Part shown: one piece after another, positions 30,681 through 40,964 of the stretch
Position numbering within the stretch: position 1 is the first letter of the stretch
How the letters are laid out: every line of letters starts with the position of its first letter
Source: Alkalispirochaeta sp.
Lineage (GTDB): Bacteria > Spirochaetota > Spirochaetia > DSM-27196 > Alkalispirochaetaceae
Direction of reading: 5' to 3'
NCBI GenBank assembly: GCA_965242725.1
Contig: CBDESZ010000018.1
Location: 256,001 to 320,000 of the forward strand
DNA length: 64,000 nt
The notes under the pieces: model-generated
Seen by the model: only the letters and a program-made list of their open reading frames with translations
What the model was told of the DNA's origin: nothing
Databases searched by the model: none
Position numbers and translations under genes: made by a program

Positions 30681-33401
30681 TTAGTTGAAATCCGCCCGTT
30701 CGATCGATTCTATGCGCAGGTGATACCTCGTCTCGTTGATCTCGAAATCGAGAACGTCTCCCACCGAAGCCCTGAGCAGCCGGGCCCCAAGTGGCGACTG
30801 GTAGTTGATCACATTTTCCTTGGGATTTGATTCCCAGGGACCCAGAATCGTGTAGTGAATCTCCTTGTTGGTAAGGAGGTTCGTCATGAAAACGGTCGTA
30901 CCAAATGCAACTTCATCGGTCGTCACATCTCCCGGCTTCACGATGCGCGCCTGCTCAAGCTCGCTCTTGATTCGTGCCGCCCTGTTATTAAGCGATTCCT
31001 GACGTTCCTTGGCCGCCTTGTATTCGGCATTCTCCTTCAGGTCACCGTATTCACGGGCAGTTTCAATTTCCTTGGAGTTCTGGGGAACCTCAACTTCCTG
31101 AAGGTACTTGTATTCTCCCTGTTTCGCCTCGTACATGGAGGGTGTGCAGTAGAGGACCTTTCTGGTGCTCTGTTCCACAATATCTTCGCCGTAAAAGCGG
31201 AAGTCGGGAAAGCGGTTTACGATACGCTGCCTGAGGTCGAGAAGCTGCTTCTGGTCCATCTCCTTTACATCGGAGATGAGGGTGAAAATCCTGCTCACCG
31301 ATTCTTCACTCGCATTGTCGATAAACTCGGGGAGGTTGTTGTCCTTGAAGAGATAACTCTGTACCTGCCGGTTTATCTTGCGATTGAGACTCACGTCTTT
31401 CCGGTTGTCGATATCCCTGAAGGTGAGGTCATAAATATGGACCATCGCGATAAGACGCCGTTCAGGACTGATATTCACTTCATCGAACCACGGGTCGCTC
31501 TCGCAGTTTTTCACGAGCCACACAAAGGTTTCCCGCATGTCCCGATAGTTTTCGTACACGTGACCGATGAAGTCGAGAATGAGCTGCTGTTTCCCATGGC
31601 GATCGAGTTCAAGAAGAACCTCCCGGGAGAGTTGTATCGGCAATACCCTGGCGTAGACCTCGCCCCAGTTCTTGTCCACCTTCCGGACGTTGGAGAGGAA
31701 CTTCTTACGAAGATCCGTTGAATCGATCCTGGAAAAGACCTCTTCGACGTCGTCAATTTCCTGGTAGAGCGTTGCAAAATCAAACTCGAGATCACCCTTC
31801 AGGAACGGAAAACGGTCGACGATGTCGTGCACGACCAGTGCCGATGAGATGACGTACTCATTCACATGGGAAATGTTCCTGAGATAGTTTGAAAAATAGT
31901 CGAACATCTCCCGGAAGAACTCACTGTCGATACCTTCCGTAGCGTCACTGTCGAGGGAGTCGAGAAACTCGTTCATCGTCTTGACGCGGTCAAAAAAGGT
32001 CTTGTCCGCCTTGAACTTGTTGAAGGTCTTTTCTTCAAAGGTAATCGGCTGATCCCTGACGACAAAGTGATCCGCCTTGTCCGGAAGCGTTCCGAAGTCG
32101 GGGTTGGTCTTGAGTTCTTCCCGAGCCTTCGTACTCCACGAAGACCATTCGCCGGGCGTAAGAATGGCGGGAACCAGTTCTCCCTTTATTTTTTTCATGT
32201 CAGCGGCGTTGCCGAGGCTGCGAATCACCGTCTTCAGCGCCCAGACGATCCGTTCCTTCACCAGTTTCCGGAGCTTGTCCTTCTTCCACACCGCACGGAG
32301 GACCCAGATGTGGTCCTTGGGAAGCACATCAAGGGCATCGATAGCCATTTTCAGGGACATCTTGTGACCTCGTTTCTTGGCAAAATCGACGGTAATGTCG
32401 TCGCCGGCGATGTCCCGTATGCGTCCTATACCCCAGCTGCGATGGAAAACGAAGTTTCCCTTGTCAAAGGAAATATGTTTCTCAAAATCGGCGATCGCCT
32501 CGTGGATCGGCCGCCAGCTCTGTTTGATGTTGCTGACCCGTATGTATTCCTGAAGGTTACTGTGATCGGCGTACTTGTGTTCAAAACACTCGATAATTTC
32601 TTTTCTGCCCCACGGGCTCTTGGCGTCGTAGTTGAGCACCCGTTTGAGGAGGTCGATTGCGCGATCCCATTCTTCATTTTTCTTGTACACCGGATAGAGA
32701 TCTTCAAGGAGCTGTACCGCCCGCTCGGAGCTGATCGTACGGGAGATCTTTGATTCGGCGTGATAGAAAAACTCCGTCTCACCGGGAGCGAGTTCCACCA
32801 GGCGATGCCACATTTCCTTTATATTGTTGAAACTCTTTTTGGTAATGTACCGATGCAGCGCCTTCTTGTAATACTCAACGGCCTGTTCAATATCGCCGGC
32901 ATCTTCCTTGAGGTGCGCCAGCTGACGAACGATATCCGCCTCTTCAAAATCAACGCGAATGAGACGCTCCCAGACATCATGAAGTTTTTCGGTCTGGTTT
33001 TCGTTGTCATAGACATCGGCAAGAATGCGCAGGGCAAACCGGTTTTCACCGAACTGCAGTATCTTCAGTGCGAGATATTCTACGATGTTCCACTTGTGGT
33101 TGTCGGTAAAGATCTTGGTCAGAAGTATGAGATTGGCGTCATCCACAGACTGCCGGGCGAGGTCGAGCAGGCCGGAAATGTAGAGGGCGATTATACTGTT
33201 CTTCGTATGCTGCAGGTGTTCGTCACAAAGCTCCCGCACCTCGTCAACGAGATCATTCTCTTCGATCTCCTTGACGATATCGTCAAGTTCCTTGAAGTTG
33301 CTGACCGTGTAATTATTGAGGGTCGCTCGCGTCCATTTTTCTTCGTTCAGAAGTTCAGTGACGTTTTTTACAATATCATGCGTCGTATTGGCGGTAGACA
33401 T
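30681..33401 (-). CDS. greA: Large spirochaete-type transcription elongation factor GreA (TPR/helical N-terminus + C-terminal GreA domain)
   Basis: C-terminal AREYGDLKENAEYKAAKE, YTILGPWES, YQSPLG; ~750-aa N-terminal extension beginning LNEEKWTRA. Confidence 0.92.
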   Translation of the reverse strand: MSTANTTHDIVKNVTELLNEEKWTRATLNNYTVSNFKELDDIVKEIEENDLVDEVRELCDEHLQHTKNSIIALYISGLLDLARQSVDDANLILLTKIFTDNHKWNIVEYLALKILQFGENRFALRILADVYDNENQTEKLHDVWERLIRVDFEEADIVRQLAHLKEDAGDIEQAVEYYKKALHRYITKKSFNNIKEMWHRLVELAPGETEFFYHAESKISRTISSERAVQLLEDLYPVYKKNEEWDRAIDLLKRVLNYDAKSPWGRKEIIECFEHKYADHSNLQEYIRVSNIKQSWRPIHEAIADFEKHISFDKGNFVFHRSWGIGRIRDIAGDDITVDFAKKRGHKMSLKMAIDALDVLPKDHIWVLRAVWKKDKLRKLVKERIVWALKTVIRSLGNAADMKKIKGELVPAILTPGEWSSWSTKAREELKTNPDFGTLPDKADHFVVRDQPITFEEKTFNKFKADKTFFDRVKTMNEFLDSLDSDATEGIDSEFFREMFDYFSNYLRNISHVNEYVISSALVVHDIVDRFPFLKGDLEFDFATLYQEIDDVEEVFSRIDSTDLRKKFLSNVRKVDKNWGEVYARVLPIQLSREVLLELDRHGKQQLILDFIGHVYENYRDMRETFVWLVKNCESDPWFDEVNISPERRLIAMVHIYDLTFRDIDNRKDVSLNRKINRQVQSYLFKDNNLPEFIDNASEESVSRIFTLISDVKEMDQKQLLDLRQRIVNRFPDFRFYGEDIVEQSTRKVLYCTPSMYEAKQGEYKYLQEVEVPQNSKEIETAREYGDLKENAEYKAAKERQESLNNRAARIKSELEQARIVKPGDVTTDEVAFGTTVFMTNLLTNKEIHYTILGPWESNPKENVINYQSPLGARLLRASVGDVLDFEINETRYHLRIESIERADFN

Positions 33402-34314
33402 CGGTATCCACACTCCGTATTTTGATTTTCACTTCGTCAATTTTCCCCTGCGTTTCCTTTACCGCAACGTAATGGTCAATTAACCAAAAGTATCGATTAA
33501 TCAATCGGGGCTTGATCAATCGTGCGTCTCCGGTACCCTCTCGCAGCTCCCTTTCAAGTTCATATATGGATTGCTTCAGCCGACCGAACTCAATCGACCG
33601 CAATTCCCGCTTCACATTCAGCACATTGAAGAGCACTCCATAAACGGGTATCCACTCAAGCAGTTCAACATCGGTGAATCCCCGGTCCTCTACAGCCTGT
33701 ACCAGCCGGCGTATCAATTCAGAATCGAGACGCGTAACGTCGATCTTTCGAGGATCCCGGAAAAAGGCCTCCCGAAAAAAAGCCTTCGCCTGAGCCGGTT
33801 CGTCGGCGAGGGCAAGTACATCGGCCAGTTCCGCCAGCACCTCGGCGTCGTCGGGTTTCTCCGTTCCCGCCGCCCGTAAAAATTTCATTGCCCGATCGTA
33901 CTCGCCGAGCCCCTTATAGCAGCGCCCGATTCTTACAAGGAGGTCGGTGTCGCGATTGGTGCGATCCTCATATACCTCCCGGTAAAAGGTGAGAGCACGA
34001 CGAAAAACATGACGACGAAATGCATTCAGAGTAAGTTCAACTCGGGGTCCAACCCTGTCGACAAACTCCTGAAAGACCGTCCATTGGGCTAAAAGGTATT
34101 CACCTCGCTCAAAGGGATCAACGAGTTCGTCCACTCGTCGCTGCCTGTCGTTCCAGAAATTGGCGTATTTCAACGACGTCACCACATCGGCATGCTCAAA
34201 GTCGACTGATAGCGCCCGTTCCAGTTCCTGGTTTGCCTCCGGTAAGCGGTGCGAAACGATATGCTCAGCAGCACGTTGTAGCAGGTCGTGCACGTTGTCT
34301 GAGTCCTTGTCCAA
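33376..34314 (-). CDS. Cytoplasmic TPR protein overlapping the greA start
   Basis: TPR-like IGRCYKGLGEYDRAMKFL and AKAFFREAFF segments; no signal peptide. Confidence 0.78.
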   Translation of the reverse strand: MDKDSDNVHDLLQRAAEHIVSHRLPEANQELERALSVDFEHADVVTSLKYANFWNDRQRRVDELVDPFERGEYLLAQWTVFQEFVDRVGPRVELTLNAFRRHVFRRALTFYREVYEDRTNRDTDLLVRIGRCYKGLGEYDRAMKFLRAAGTEKPDDAEVLAELADVLALADEPAQAKAFFREAFFRDPRKIDVTRLDSELIRRLVQAVEDRGFTDVELLEWIPVYGVLFNVLNVKRELRSIEFGRLKQSIYELERELREGTGDARLIKPRLINRYFWLIDHYVAVKETQGKIDEVKIKIRSVDTDVYRQYDA

Positions 34315-34347
34315 CTGCTCGCATCCTTTTACACTGCGTTTCTTTGT

Positions 34348-34375
34348 ATTATAACATTTTGCGAAGAAAGGTCAA
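34348..34375 (-). promoter_or_regulatory. Sigma70 promoter for the TPR-greA operon
   Basis: On the minus strand: TTGACC-16 nt-TATAAT with a TGn extended -10. Confidence 0.7.
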
Positions 34376-34419
34376 CGAACCGCCTTTCCCTGAATGTCAC
34401 CGATGGAGTATGCTCCCCT

Positions 34420-35088
34420 ATGAAGGCACCAATAATTGCTCCGTCGATATTGTCCGCCGATTTTGCAGACATCGGCGCAGGAATCACAACAATCGAACAG
34501 GCCGGTGCCGACTGGATACATCTGGACGTCATGGACGGCCATTTTGTTCCCCCCATCACCTTCGGTCCCCACATGGTGTCGGCGGTGCGTAAGAAGACGC
34601 GCCTGACCCTTGATACTCATTTAATGATCGATAATCCCGCCCGGCAGGTAGACTCCTTTATAGACGCGGGGACGGACTATCTCACCTTCCATCTCGAAGC
34701 CGTGGTCCACGCACATCGTCTCGTTCAGTACATCCGGGAACGGAAGGTCCAGCCGGGTATTGCAATCGTTCCGTCCACGCCTGTTGCGGCGGTCCGTGAA
34801 CTCATTGACGAAATAGATCTTCTCCTCGTCATGACGGTGAATCCCGGTTACGGGGGGCAGGAACTCATCACCTCATGCCTGCGAAAGGTGGAAGAGGCAG
34901 CGGCGCTCCGCCGCGATCGAGGGGCCTCGTTTCTCATAGAAGTGGACGGCGGCATCCATCCTTCCACGGTGGAGGCCGCCCGAAAATCGGGAGTTGATAT
35001 CCTCGTATCGGGATCCGGCTTCTTCGCCGCCGACGATCGTGCGCGGTACGTGGCCACATTACGGGGAATGTCCGGGACAATCGTATAG
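34420..35088 (+). CDS. rpe: Ribulose-phosphate 3-epimerase
   Basis: IAPSILSADF, HLDVMDGHFVP, MTVNPGYGGQ, IEVDGG. Confidence 0.97.
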   Translation: MKAPIIAPSILSADFADIGAGITTIEQAGADWIHLDVMDGHFVPPITFGPHMVSAVRKKTRLTLDTHLMIDNPARQVDSFIDAGTDYLTFHLEAVVHAHRLVQYIRERKVQPGIAIVPSTPVAAVRELIDEIDLLLVMTVNPGYGGQELITSCLRKVEEAAALRRDRGASFLIEVDGGIHPSTVEAARKSGVDILVSGSGFFAADDRARYVATLRGMSGTIV

Positions 35089-35115
35089 GCAGAAGTGACG
35101 CTTCGCGGAACGGTC

Positions 35116-35142
35116 TAAATCTGGGGCTGTGGAGGCCGACAA
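35116..35142 (+). promoter_or_regulatory. Candidate sigma28 (FliA/SigD) promoter
   Basis: TAAA-15 nt-GCCGACAA versus consensus TAAA-N15-GCCGATAA; ends 19 nt upstream of the ATG, with GGGAG RBS in between. Confidence 0.55.
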
Positions 35143-35161
35143 TGATAAAGGGAGTGTATCG

Positions 35162-36031
35162 ATGAACAAATCTACCAAACAGCGTTTCGTTGCGATTGCC
35201 GTCCTGCTGAGCCTCCTCGTCGTTCCAGTCGTCTCGGCACAGAGCGATCTTATCGCGCAGGGTATTCAGGCATTCCAGAAAAGCGATTTCGAATCTGCGA
35301 TGGTTATCTTTCGTGACGTCCTGTTGAGCGAACCCGATGCGGAGAGTGAAGGGGCCGCCTATTTCTGGCTCGCCAAGTCTGCCATGGGAGTGGGACGTCT
35401 CAACGAAGCGGAACGGAACCTGGAATACTACATTCGATCTTTTCCCGGCCACGATTATCAGGTTGAAGCGAGGTATCAGCGGGGCAGGATTCTCTTCCTC
35501 CAGGAGGATTACGAAGGGGCGATTCAATCGTTCAGCGGTTTCATCCGGTCCTACGGAGATTCACCCTTCGTCGCCAACGCGACCTACTGGTCCGCGGAGT
35601 CGCTCTTTCAACTGGGCAGGCTTGATGAAGCGAAACGGATGTTTGAATCGGTTCTTCGGGACTATCCGACGAGTTTCCGTGTCGAGGCGGCCCGATACCG
35701 GGTAGCCCTCATTGAACTGAACGCCCGTGAACAGGAACTGCTGAAACTCCTCCAGTGGAGCCATGAGGAGTACCTGCAGGCACAGGACGAGTTCAATCGC
35801 CGTGAAAGAGCGTATCAGGAAGCGATAGCCTCCTATCAGGAACGCCTTCAGAGCGCAGCGGGTGCGGATTTTCGTGAAGAGATCACCCGACTCACAACTC
35901 AGGTGAGAACCCTCCAGGAGCTCCTGCGGAACAGGGAAGCCCAGATCAGCAGACTTCAGGAACAGCTCACGAGTCTCCAGAACGGCTTTGAAAACGGCAC
36001 CACTTCCGGAAACAATGCCGCGGGGAACTGA
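35162..36031 (+). CDS. Exported TPR protein (BamD/CpoB-like repeats) with C-terminal coiled coil
   Basis: Signal peptide ending VSA; AYFWLAKS, ARYQRGRI, ATYWSAESLFQLG repeats; heptad-rich tail. Confidence 0.8.
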   Translation: MNKSTKQRFVAIAVLLSLLVVPVVSAQSDLIAQGIQAFQKSDFESAMVIFRDVLLSEPDAESEGAAYFWLAKSAMGVGRLNEAERNLEYYIRSFPGHDYQVEARYQRGRILFLQEDYEGAIQSFSGFIRSYGDSPFVANATYWSAESLFQLGRLDEAKRMFESVLRDYPTSFRVEAARYRVALIELNAREQELLKLLQWSHEEYLQAQDEFNRRERAYQEAIASYQERLQSAAGADFREEITRLTTQVRTLQELLRNREAQISRLQEQLTSLQNGFENGTTSGNNAAGN

Positions 36032-36080
36032 TCAGCCCGTTCCTGCGACGCGTCGTGAGTAACGTCTTCCCCGAGAGGCC

Positions 36081-37226
36081 GTGGTGACAAAACGAAAATC
36101 GAAAGGGTTACGAAAAGCCGCTCGACTCTATCGCCGACGTCGCTACGCCCACGTCATTACGCTCCTGGAACCACAGGTATTCATGTACCGCGAGAGCTGG
36201 CAATACTACCACCTTCTGGGAATGAGCTGCCTCTATACCGGAGACTATGCCGGCGCATACTCCTATTTGCGCCGTGCCTCCGATCTGGATCTCGAACGAA
36301 CGGAAACCCTCCTCGGCATCGGCGCCGTGCTTCTCCGACGGCGACAGATCGACGTCGCCATCGCAACATACCTCGACGTACTTGACCGGGATCCCCGCAA
36401 CGCACGGGCCCGACGGGCACTTCAATGGCTGCGCACACTTGATGACCCGGAAGATGTTGTTCAGTGGTTTGAATCAAACAGGATACGGCGCGTTCTCCCC
36501 GCCAGGGGTGTGTATATTCCCCGACCGATCCGGCTGCTGGGAATACTGCTCCTTGTTTCCGTGGGGCTTTATCTTGCCGCTCCCTACGCTGTTCGATTCG
36601 TTCGAGGAATTATTCAGCAGGACGATCGTCCGGGAAGCGAGGTCCTTTCTCTGGAGGATACGGACAACCTCACCGTCGATTCCCCGCGGGGAGAAAACGG
36701 GCCGACCCTGTACCGTTTCGACAACGATGAAGTGGAATCCCTTTTCCGGGAGATCGGACGCCTCTTCAACAGCTCCCAGGACAATACCGTCCGCAGAGAA
36801 ATCAACAGGATCGTCCTTTCCAATGCGGAGGAGCGGGTAAAAAGACAAGCCGAACTTCTGAGGGACTATCTGCAGGAACCGGATTTTACCACCTATTCCG
36901 AAATGTCCGAGGAGATTTCCTATCAGGAGGTAGCCGACGAGCCCCTTCTCTACGACGGCGTCTACGTGCGATGGCGGGGAAGAATCGCAAACCTCGTTGT
37001 CGGCGAAGAGGCGATCACCTTTGACCTTCTCGTTGGCTATGAGAGCGGTCGTATCGTCGAAGGTATCGTTCCCGTACGCATTACCTACGCCGTGCTGCTC
37101 CAGAATGGTCAGGGCGTGGAATTGATCGGCCGGGTTCGGGCGTTGCCGGGAGACGGGGAAACCCCCTTTACGGTGCACGTGACATCGATTCGAACACTCA
37201 ACAGAGCGGAAGGAGCGGAGCGGTGA
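36081..37226 (+). CDS. Membrane-anchored TPR protein
   Basis: N-terminal TPRs (YYHLLGMSCLYTGDYAGA), single TM segment, C-terminal beta-rich (OB-like) domain. Confidence 0.75.
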   Translation: MVTKRKSKGLRKAARLYRRRRYAHVITLLEPQVFMYRESWQYYHLLGMSCLYTGDYAGAYSYLRRASDLDLERTETLLGIGAVLLRRRQIDVAIATYLDVLDRDPRNARARRALQWLRTLDDPEDVVQWFESNRIRRVLPARGVYIPRPIRLLGILLLVSVGLYLAAPYAVRFVRGIIQQDDRPGSEVLSLEDTDNLTVDSPRGENGPTLYRFDNDEVESLFREIGRLFNSSQDNTVRREINRIVLSNAEERVKRQAELLRDYLQEPDFTTYSEMSEEISYQEVADEPLLYDGVYVRWRGRIANLVVGEEAITFDLLVGYESGRIVEGIVPVRITYAVLLQNGQGVELIGRVRALPGDGETPFTVHVTSIRTLNRAEGAER

Positions 37227-37669
37227 AGGCCGTTGTGCAGCGGGTGAGCTCCGCATCCGTCACCGTCGAAGATGCAGTTGTTACCGGCTCGATCGGAACG
37301 GGCCTGCTCGTTCTCCTCGGCGTCCATCGGGACGACACCCCGGAAGACCTGGAGTATGTTGCCCGGAAAATTCTCGGCCTCCGTATTTTTCATGACGAAG
37401 CGGAAAAGATGAATCGTTCAGTCCTGGACATTTCCGGAGAAATACTCCTCGTCTCCCAGTTCACCCTGTTGGGCAATACCCGAAAAGGACGGAGACCCGG
37501 CTTTGACGCCGCGGCTCCCCCTGAGCGGGCACATGCGATGTACGAAGAGATGAATTCCCGCCTTTCCCGTGAGGTTACCGTGGCCACCGGCCGGTTCGGG
37601 GCAAAAATGGCTGTGCAACTCACAAATGACGGTCCCGTGACGATCCTCATCGATAGTCACGATCGATAG
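37223..37669 (+). CDS. dtd: D-aminoacyl-tRNA deacylase
   Basis: KAVVQRV, VSQFTL, KGRRP, NDGPVT. Confidence 0.97.
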   Translation: MKAVVQRVSSASVTVEDAVVTGSIGTGLLVLLGVHRDDTPEDLEYVARKILGLRIFHDEAEKMNRSVLDISGEILLVSQFTLLGNTRKGRRPGFDAAAPPERAHAMYEEMNSRLSREVTVATGRFGAKMAVQLTNDGPVTILIDSHDR

Positions 37670-37700
37670 AACGCCCCCAAGCCCTCTATCCGTACGACCG

Positions 37701-38803
37701 TCAGAGAAAGAGCTTGAGGTTGGACAGGTAGTGTTCCGGGTCAAAATCGTCAAAGAAGGGCGACAGTGACTGCTCCTCGTGCATGCGCATGATGATTTCC
37801 GCGCTGAGACGGGCCGATGAGACGACCTGCAGGAACGGCATTGCCTCACGCAACTCGTCTGAAACCTCCAGTGAATCGGTGACGATGAGACGGTTCAGCA
37901 TTCCCGACTCGTACAGTTCCTGCAGCCGCTCGGTGGCGGGATCCGAAAAGACGGGATGAATGACGGCGATATTCACCACGCCCACGTCCCGTCGTTTCAG
38001 CTCCTTGACCAGCGTATAGACGCTACCCGCGGTATCGATCATGTCGTCGACGATCCACACCTCTTTTCCCGAAATCTCGGTGTCAGTGAGGATGTTTATC
38101 GCCTCTACGGAATTGGTCTTGTCGTAGTTCCGCTGCTTGTGGGCAATCATGAGTTTCGTTCCAAAAGCCCTCGCGTACTTCCGCGCCACATTTTCACCGC
38201 CGGCATCGACTGAACAGAAGAGCCAGTTGTTCCTGACCATGTCCCGGAGCACGTCGGGTTTGCGAATAAAGTTGTCGGTGATGTATTCCTTGATGAGCGG
38301 ACTCGCCGGAACGTCGTCTATCCCGCACGTCCTGGGATCAACGACGGTTTTTGATTTATCCGAATGAAGCTGATAGGTGATGATGTGGTCGATGCCGAGA
38401 CTCGAGAGCGTCTTGTAGTGAATCCAGAAACCGACGGAATTACGACGGGTCGTCCTGTCGGAGCGGGAGCTTGTACAAAACGGTTCAAAGAGCGTTATCT
38501 TGTTGGGCTGAGAACGCCGCAACGCGTCGATGGCGTGATACAACTCCATCTTGTTTTCTTCAACCGAGAGGCCGTAAGCGTTTCTTCCCGCCGAAGCCAT
38601 GAGGAAGACGTCCTTGCCCCGTATCGAAGTGTGGACTTCAACCTCGATTTCTCCATCGGCAAAGGTGACGGTTTTTAACTCGCCGCGTATGCTCTTGCTG
38701 TAGCCTTTTCCGTAAAAATCGGAAAGGTCTGCATCTCATAGACCACGCGATCCGCATAATCTTCCATGCTCCGTGTGGAAAACACAACTAACTCGCCACG
38801 CAT
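37701..38803 (-). CDS. prs: Ribose-phosphate pyrophosphokinase, ~367 aa; frameshift near 38720
   Basis: [38 protein letters not shown]. The N-terminus [12 protein letters not shown] begins at ATG 38803 in another frame and is joined by one added base. Confidence 0.87.
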
Positions 38804-38893
38804 ACCAGATGTATACTACGCTTTTCCCCTGCTGGTCAAACCGGTCCGGCCGTTGCCAGCCGACGAAAAAGGTCCCGCGACGATCAGGCACGC

Positions 38894-38922
38894 TTTCATC
38901 ACAACTGGAAAAGCGATATACT
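38894..38922 (+). promoter_or_regulatory. Candidate sigma70 promoter of recA
   Basis: TTTCAT-17 nt-TATACT; the -35 element is weak. Confidence 0.4.
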
Positions 38923-38948
38923 TCCCGCGGCACTGAATAAGGGAAAGC

Positions 38949-38960
38949 GGGGGGGGGGGG
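38949..38960 (+). repeat. G12 homopolymer at the recA ribosome-binding position
   Basis: Twelve consecutive G ending 5 nt before the ATG at 38966. Confidence 0.9.
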
Positions 38961-38965
38961 AATCT

Positions 38966-40150
38966 ATGGCAACAAATACCACGACAAAATCCAGCGACAA
39001 GGAAAAGGCAATTGAAGCTGCACGGCTGCAAATAGAAAAGCAGTTCGGCAAGGGCTCCATCATGAAGCTCGGCGAGGATCGCGACACGAGCGGAATACAG
39101 ACGATCGGAAGCGGTTCTATCCTCCTTGACGAGGCGCTTGGAATCGGCGGGGTATCCCAGAGGAAGAATCGTCGAGGTATACGGGCCGGAGTCTTCGGGA
39201 AAAACGACGCTCGCCCTCCACGCCATCGCGGAGGCTCAGAAGGCGGGCGGGGTAGCCGCATTTATAGACGCCGAGCACGCACTGGATCCTACCTACGCAA
39301 AGAGTCTCGGCGTCAACACCGACGACCTGTGGGTATCCCAACCGGACAACGGTGAACAGGCGCTGGAAATCGCCGAGGCGCTGGTACGCAGCAAGAGTGT
39401 CGATATCATCGTCGTTGATTCCGTCGCGGCACTGACGCCTCAGGCGGAAATAGAGGGCGACATGGGCGACAGCCACGTCGGTCTCCAGGCACGGCTCATG
39501 AGTCAGGCGCTGCGGAAACTCACGGGAATCATTTCAAAGACCTCCACGGTCCTCGTCTTCATTAACCAGATTCGCATGAAGATCGGCGTCATGTTCGGAA
39601 ATCCCGAGACGACGACCGGTGGGAACGCCCTGAAATTCTACTGCTCCGTGCGTCTTGAAGTCCGGCGGATAGAGACGATAAGCAAGAGTGCCGACGAGGC
39701 GATTGGAAACCGCGTGCGCGTAAAAGTGGTCAAGAACAAGGTCGCACCGCCGTTCCGCAAGGTGGAACTTGAAATAATATTCGGGAAAGGCATATCCGCC
39801 TCCGCCAGCCTCCTCGACGCCGCACTGAAATACGACCTCGTTCAGAAAGCGGGATCGTGGTATTCCTACGGAGAGGAACGCATCGGCCAGGGCCGGGAAA
39901 ATGCAAAGCAGTTTCTCGAGGAACATGAGGATATCTACCGACAACTCGAGGAGCGACTGCGAGTCGTCATGTTTCCGCCCAAGGATGCCAAAACCGCGCT
40001 CCCTCCGACGAAAAGGCCGCTTCCTCAAACGATGCCTCCGGAAAGAGTGCTCCGTCGGGTAAAAACGGCAAGGACGGCAAGGAAGGCAAGAAGAACTCGG
40101 CCGCTTCAGGAGATACTGAAACAGAACCCGGCGACGACGAGCTTTTCTAA
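38966..40150 (+). CDS. recA: Recombinase RecA; frameshifts near 39150 and 39995
   Basis: [68 protein letters not shown]. The corrected tail ends ...GDDELF* at TAA 40148-40150, immediately before the scpA ATG. Confidence 0.96.
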
Positions 40151-40957
40151 ATGTCCGACCAAGACGGAACGGAACGGCCTCAATCGGAACCTCACAATGT
40201 CCGCCTAGAGCAGTTTGAGGGCCCCCTGGATCTTCTCATCTTTCTGATAAAGAAAAATGAGGTAAACATTTACGATATACCCATCGCAAAGATCACGGAG
40301 CAGTATCTCGAGATGATCCGATACGCAACGAGACTCAATCTCGATACGCTTACCGATTTCTATCTCATGGCGGCGACGCTTCTGCACATCAAGTCGCGGA
40401 TGCTCCTTCCGATGGAGGACGGCGATGATGACGAAGAGATTGAAGATCCCCGTCAGGAGCTTGTGGAACGATTGATTGAGTATCAACGTTTTCGCAAACT
40501 GAGCGATCTCATGGAGGAAAAGGAAGAGGAGGTTGAATACACCCTCGAGCGCCGATCGGTCCAGCCGATCCTGCCCTTTGACGACGAGGAAGATCTGTGG
40601 GAGCAGATAGACGTATGGGAGCTGTTGAAAACGTTCTCCCGGCTGGTGTCGAGAATCAACGCCGATCGTCTGGTCGATCTCTATGAGGAGGTCACGGTGA
40701 ATGAAAAAATCACCCTCATCGACGAGCTTGTCGAACGAAAAGGGGAGTTCTTCTTTACCGATTTGATACGTCGGGAGGGTTCAATTATGGAGCTGGTCTG
40801 CTCATTCATCGCCATCCTGGAAGCTGCGCGCCAGCGGACAATACGAATTCTTCAAAACAAGCTTTTTGGCGATATTCGACTGGTCGCAGGTCCAAGAGAT
40901 TTACATTTTGCCTTCGATGACGACACTATGGGAGAAGAGATTCTCGACGAGGCGTAA
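40151..40957 (+). CDS. scpA: Segregation and condensation protein A
   Basis: [53 protein letters not shown]. Confidence 0.95.
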   Translation: MSDQDGTERPQSEPHNVRLEQFEGPLDLLIFLIKKNEVNIYDIPIAKITEQYLEMIRYATRLNLDTLTDFYLMAATLLHIKSRMLLPMEDGDDDEEIEDPRQELVERLIEYQRFRKLSDLMEEKEEEVEYTLERRSVQPILPFDDEEDLWEQIDVWELLKTFSRLVSRINADRLVDLYEEVTVNEKITLIDELVERKGEFFFTDLIRREGSIMELVCSFIAILEAARQRTIRILQNKLFGDIRLVAGPRDLHFAFDDDTMGEEILDEA

Positions 40958-40964
40958 TGTGAAG

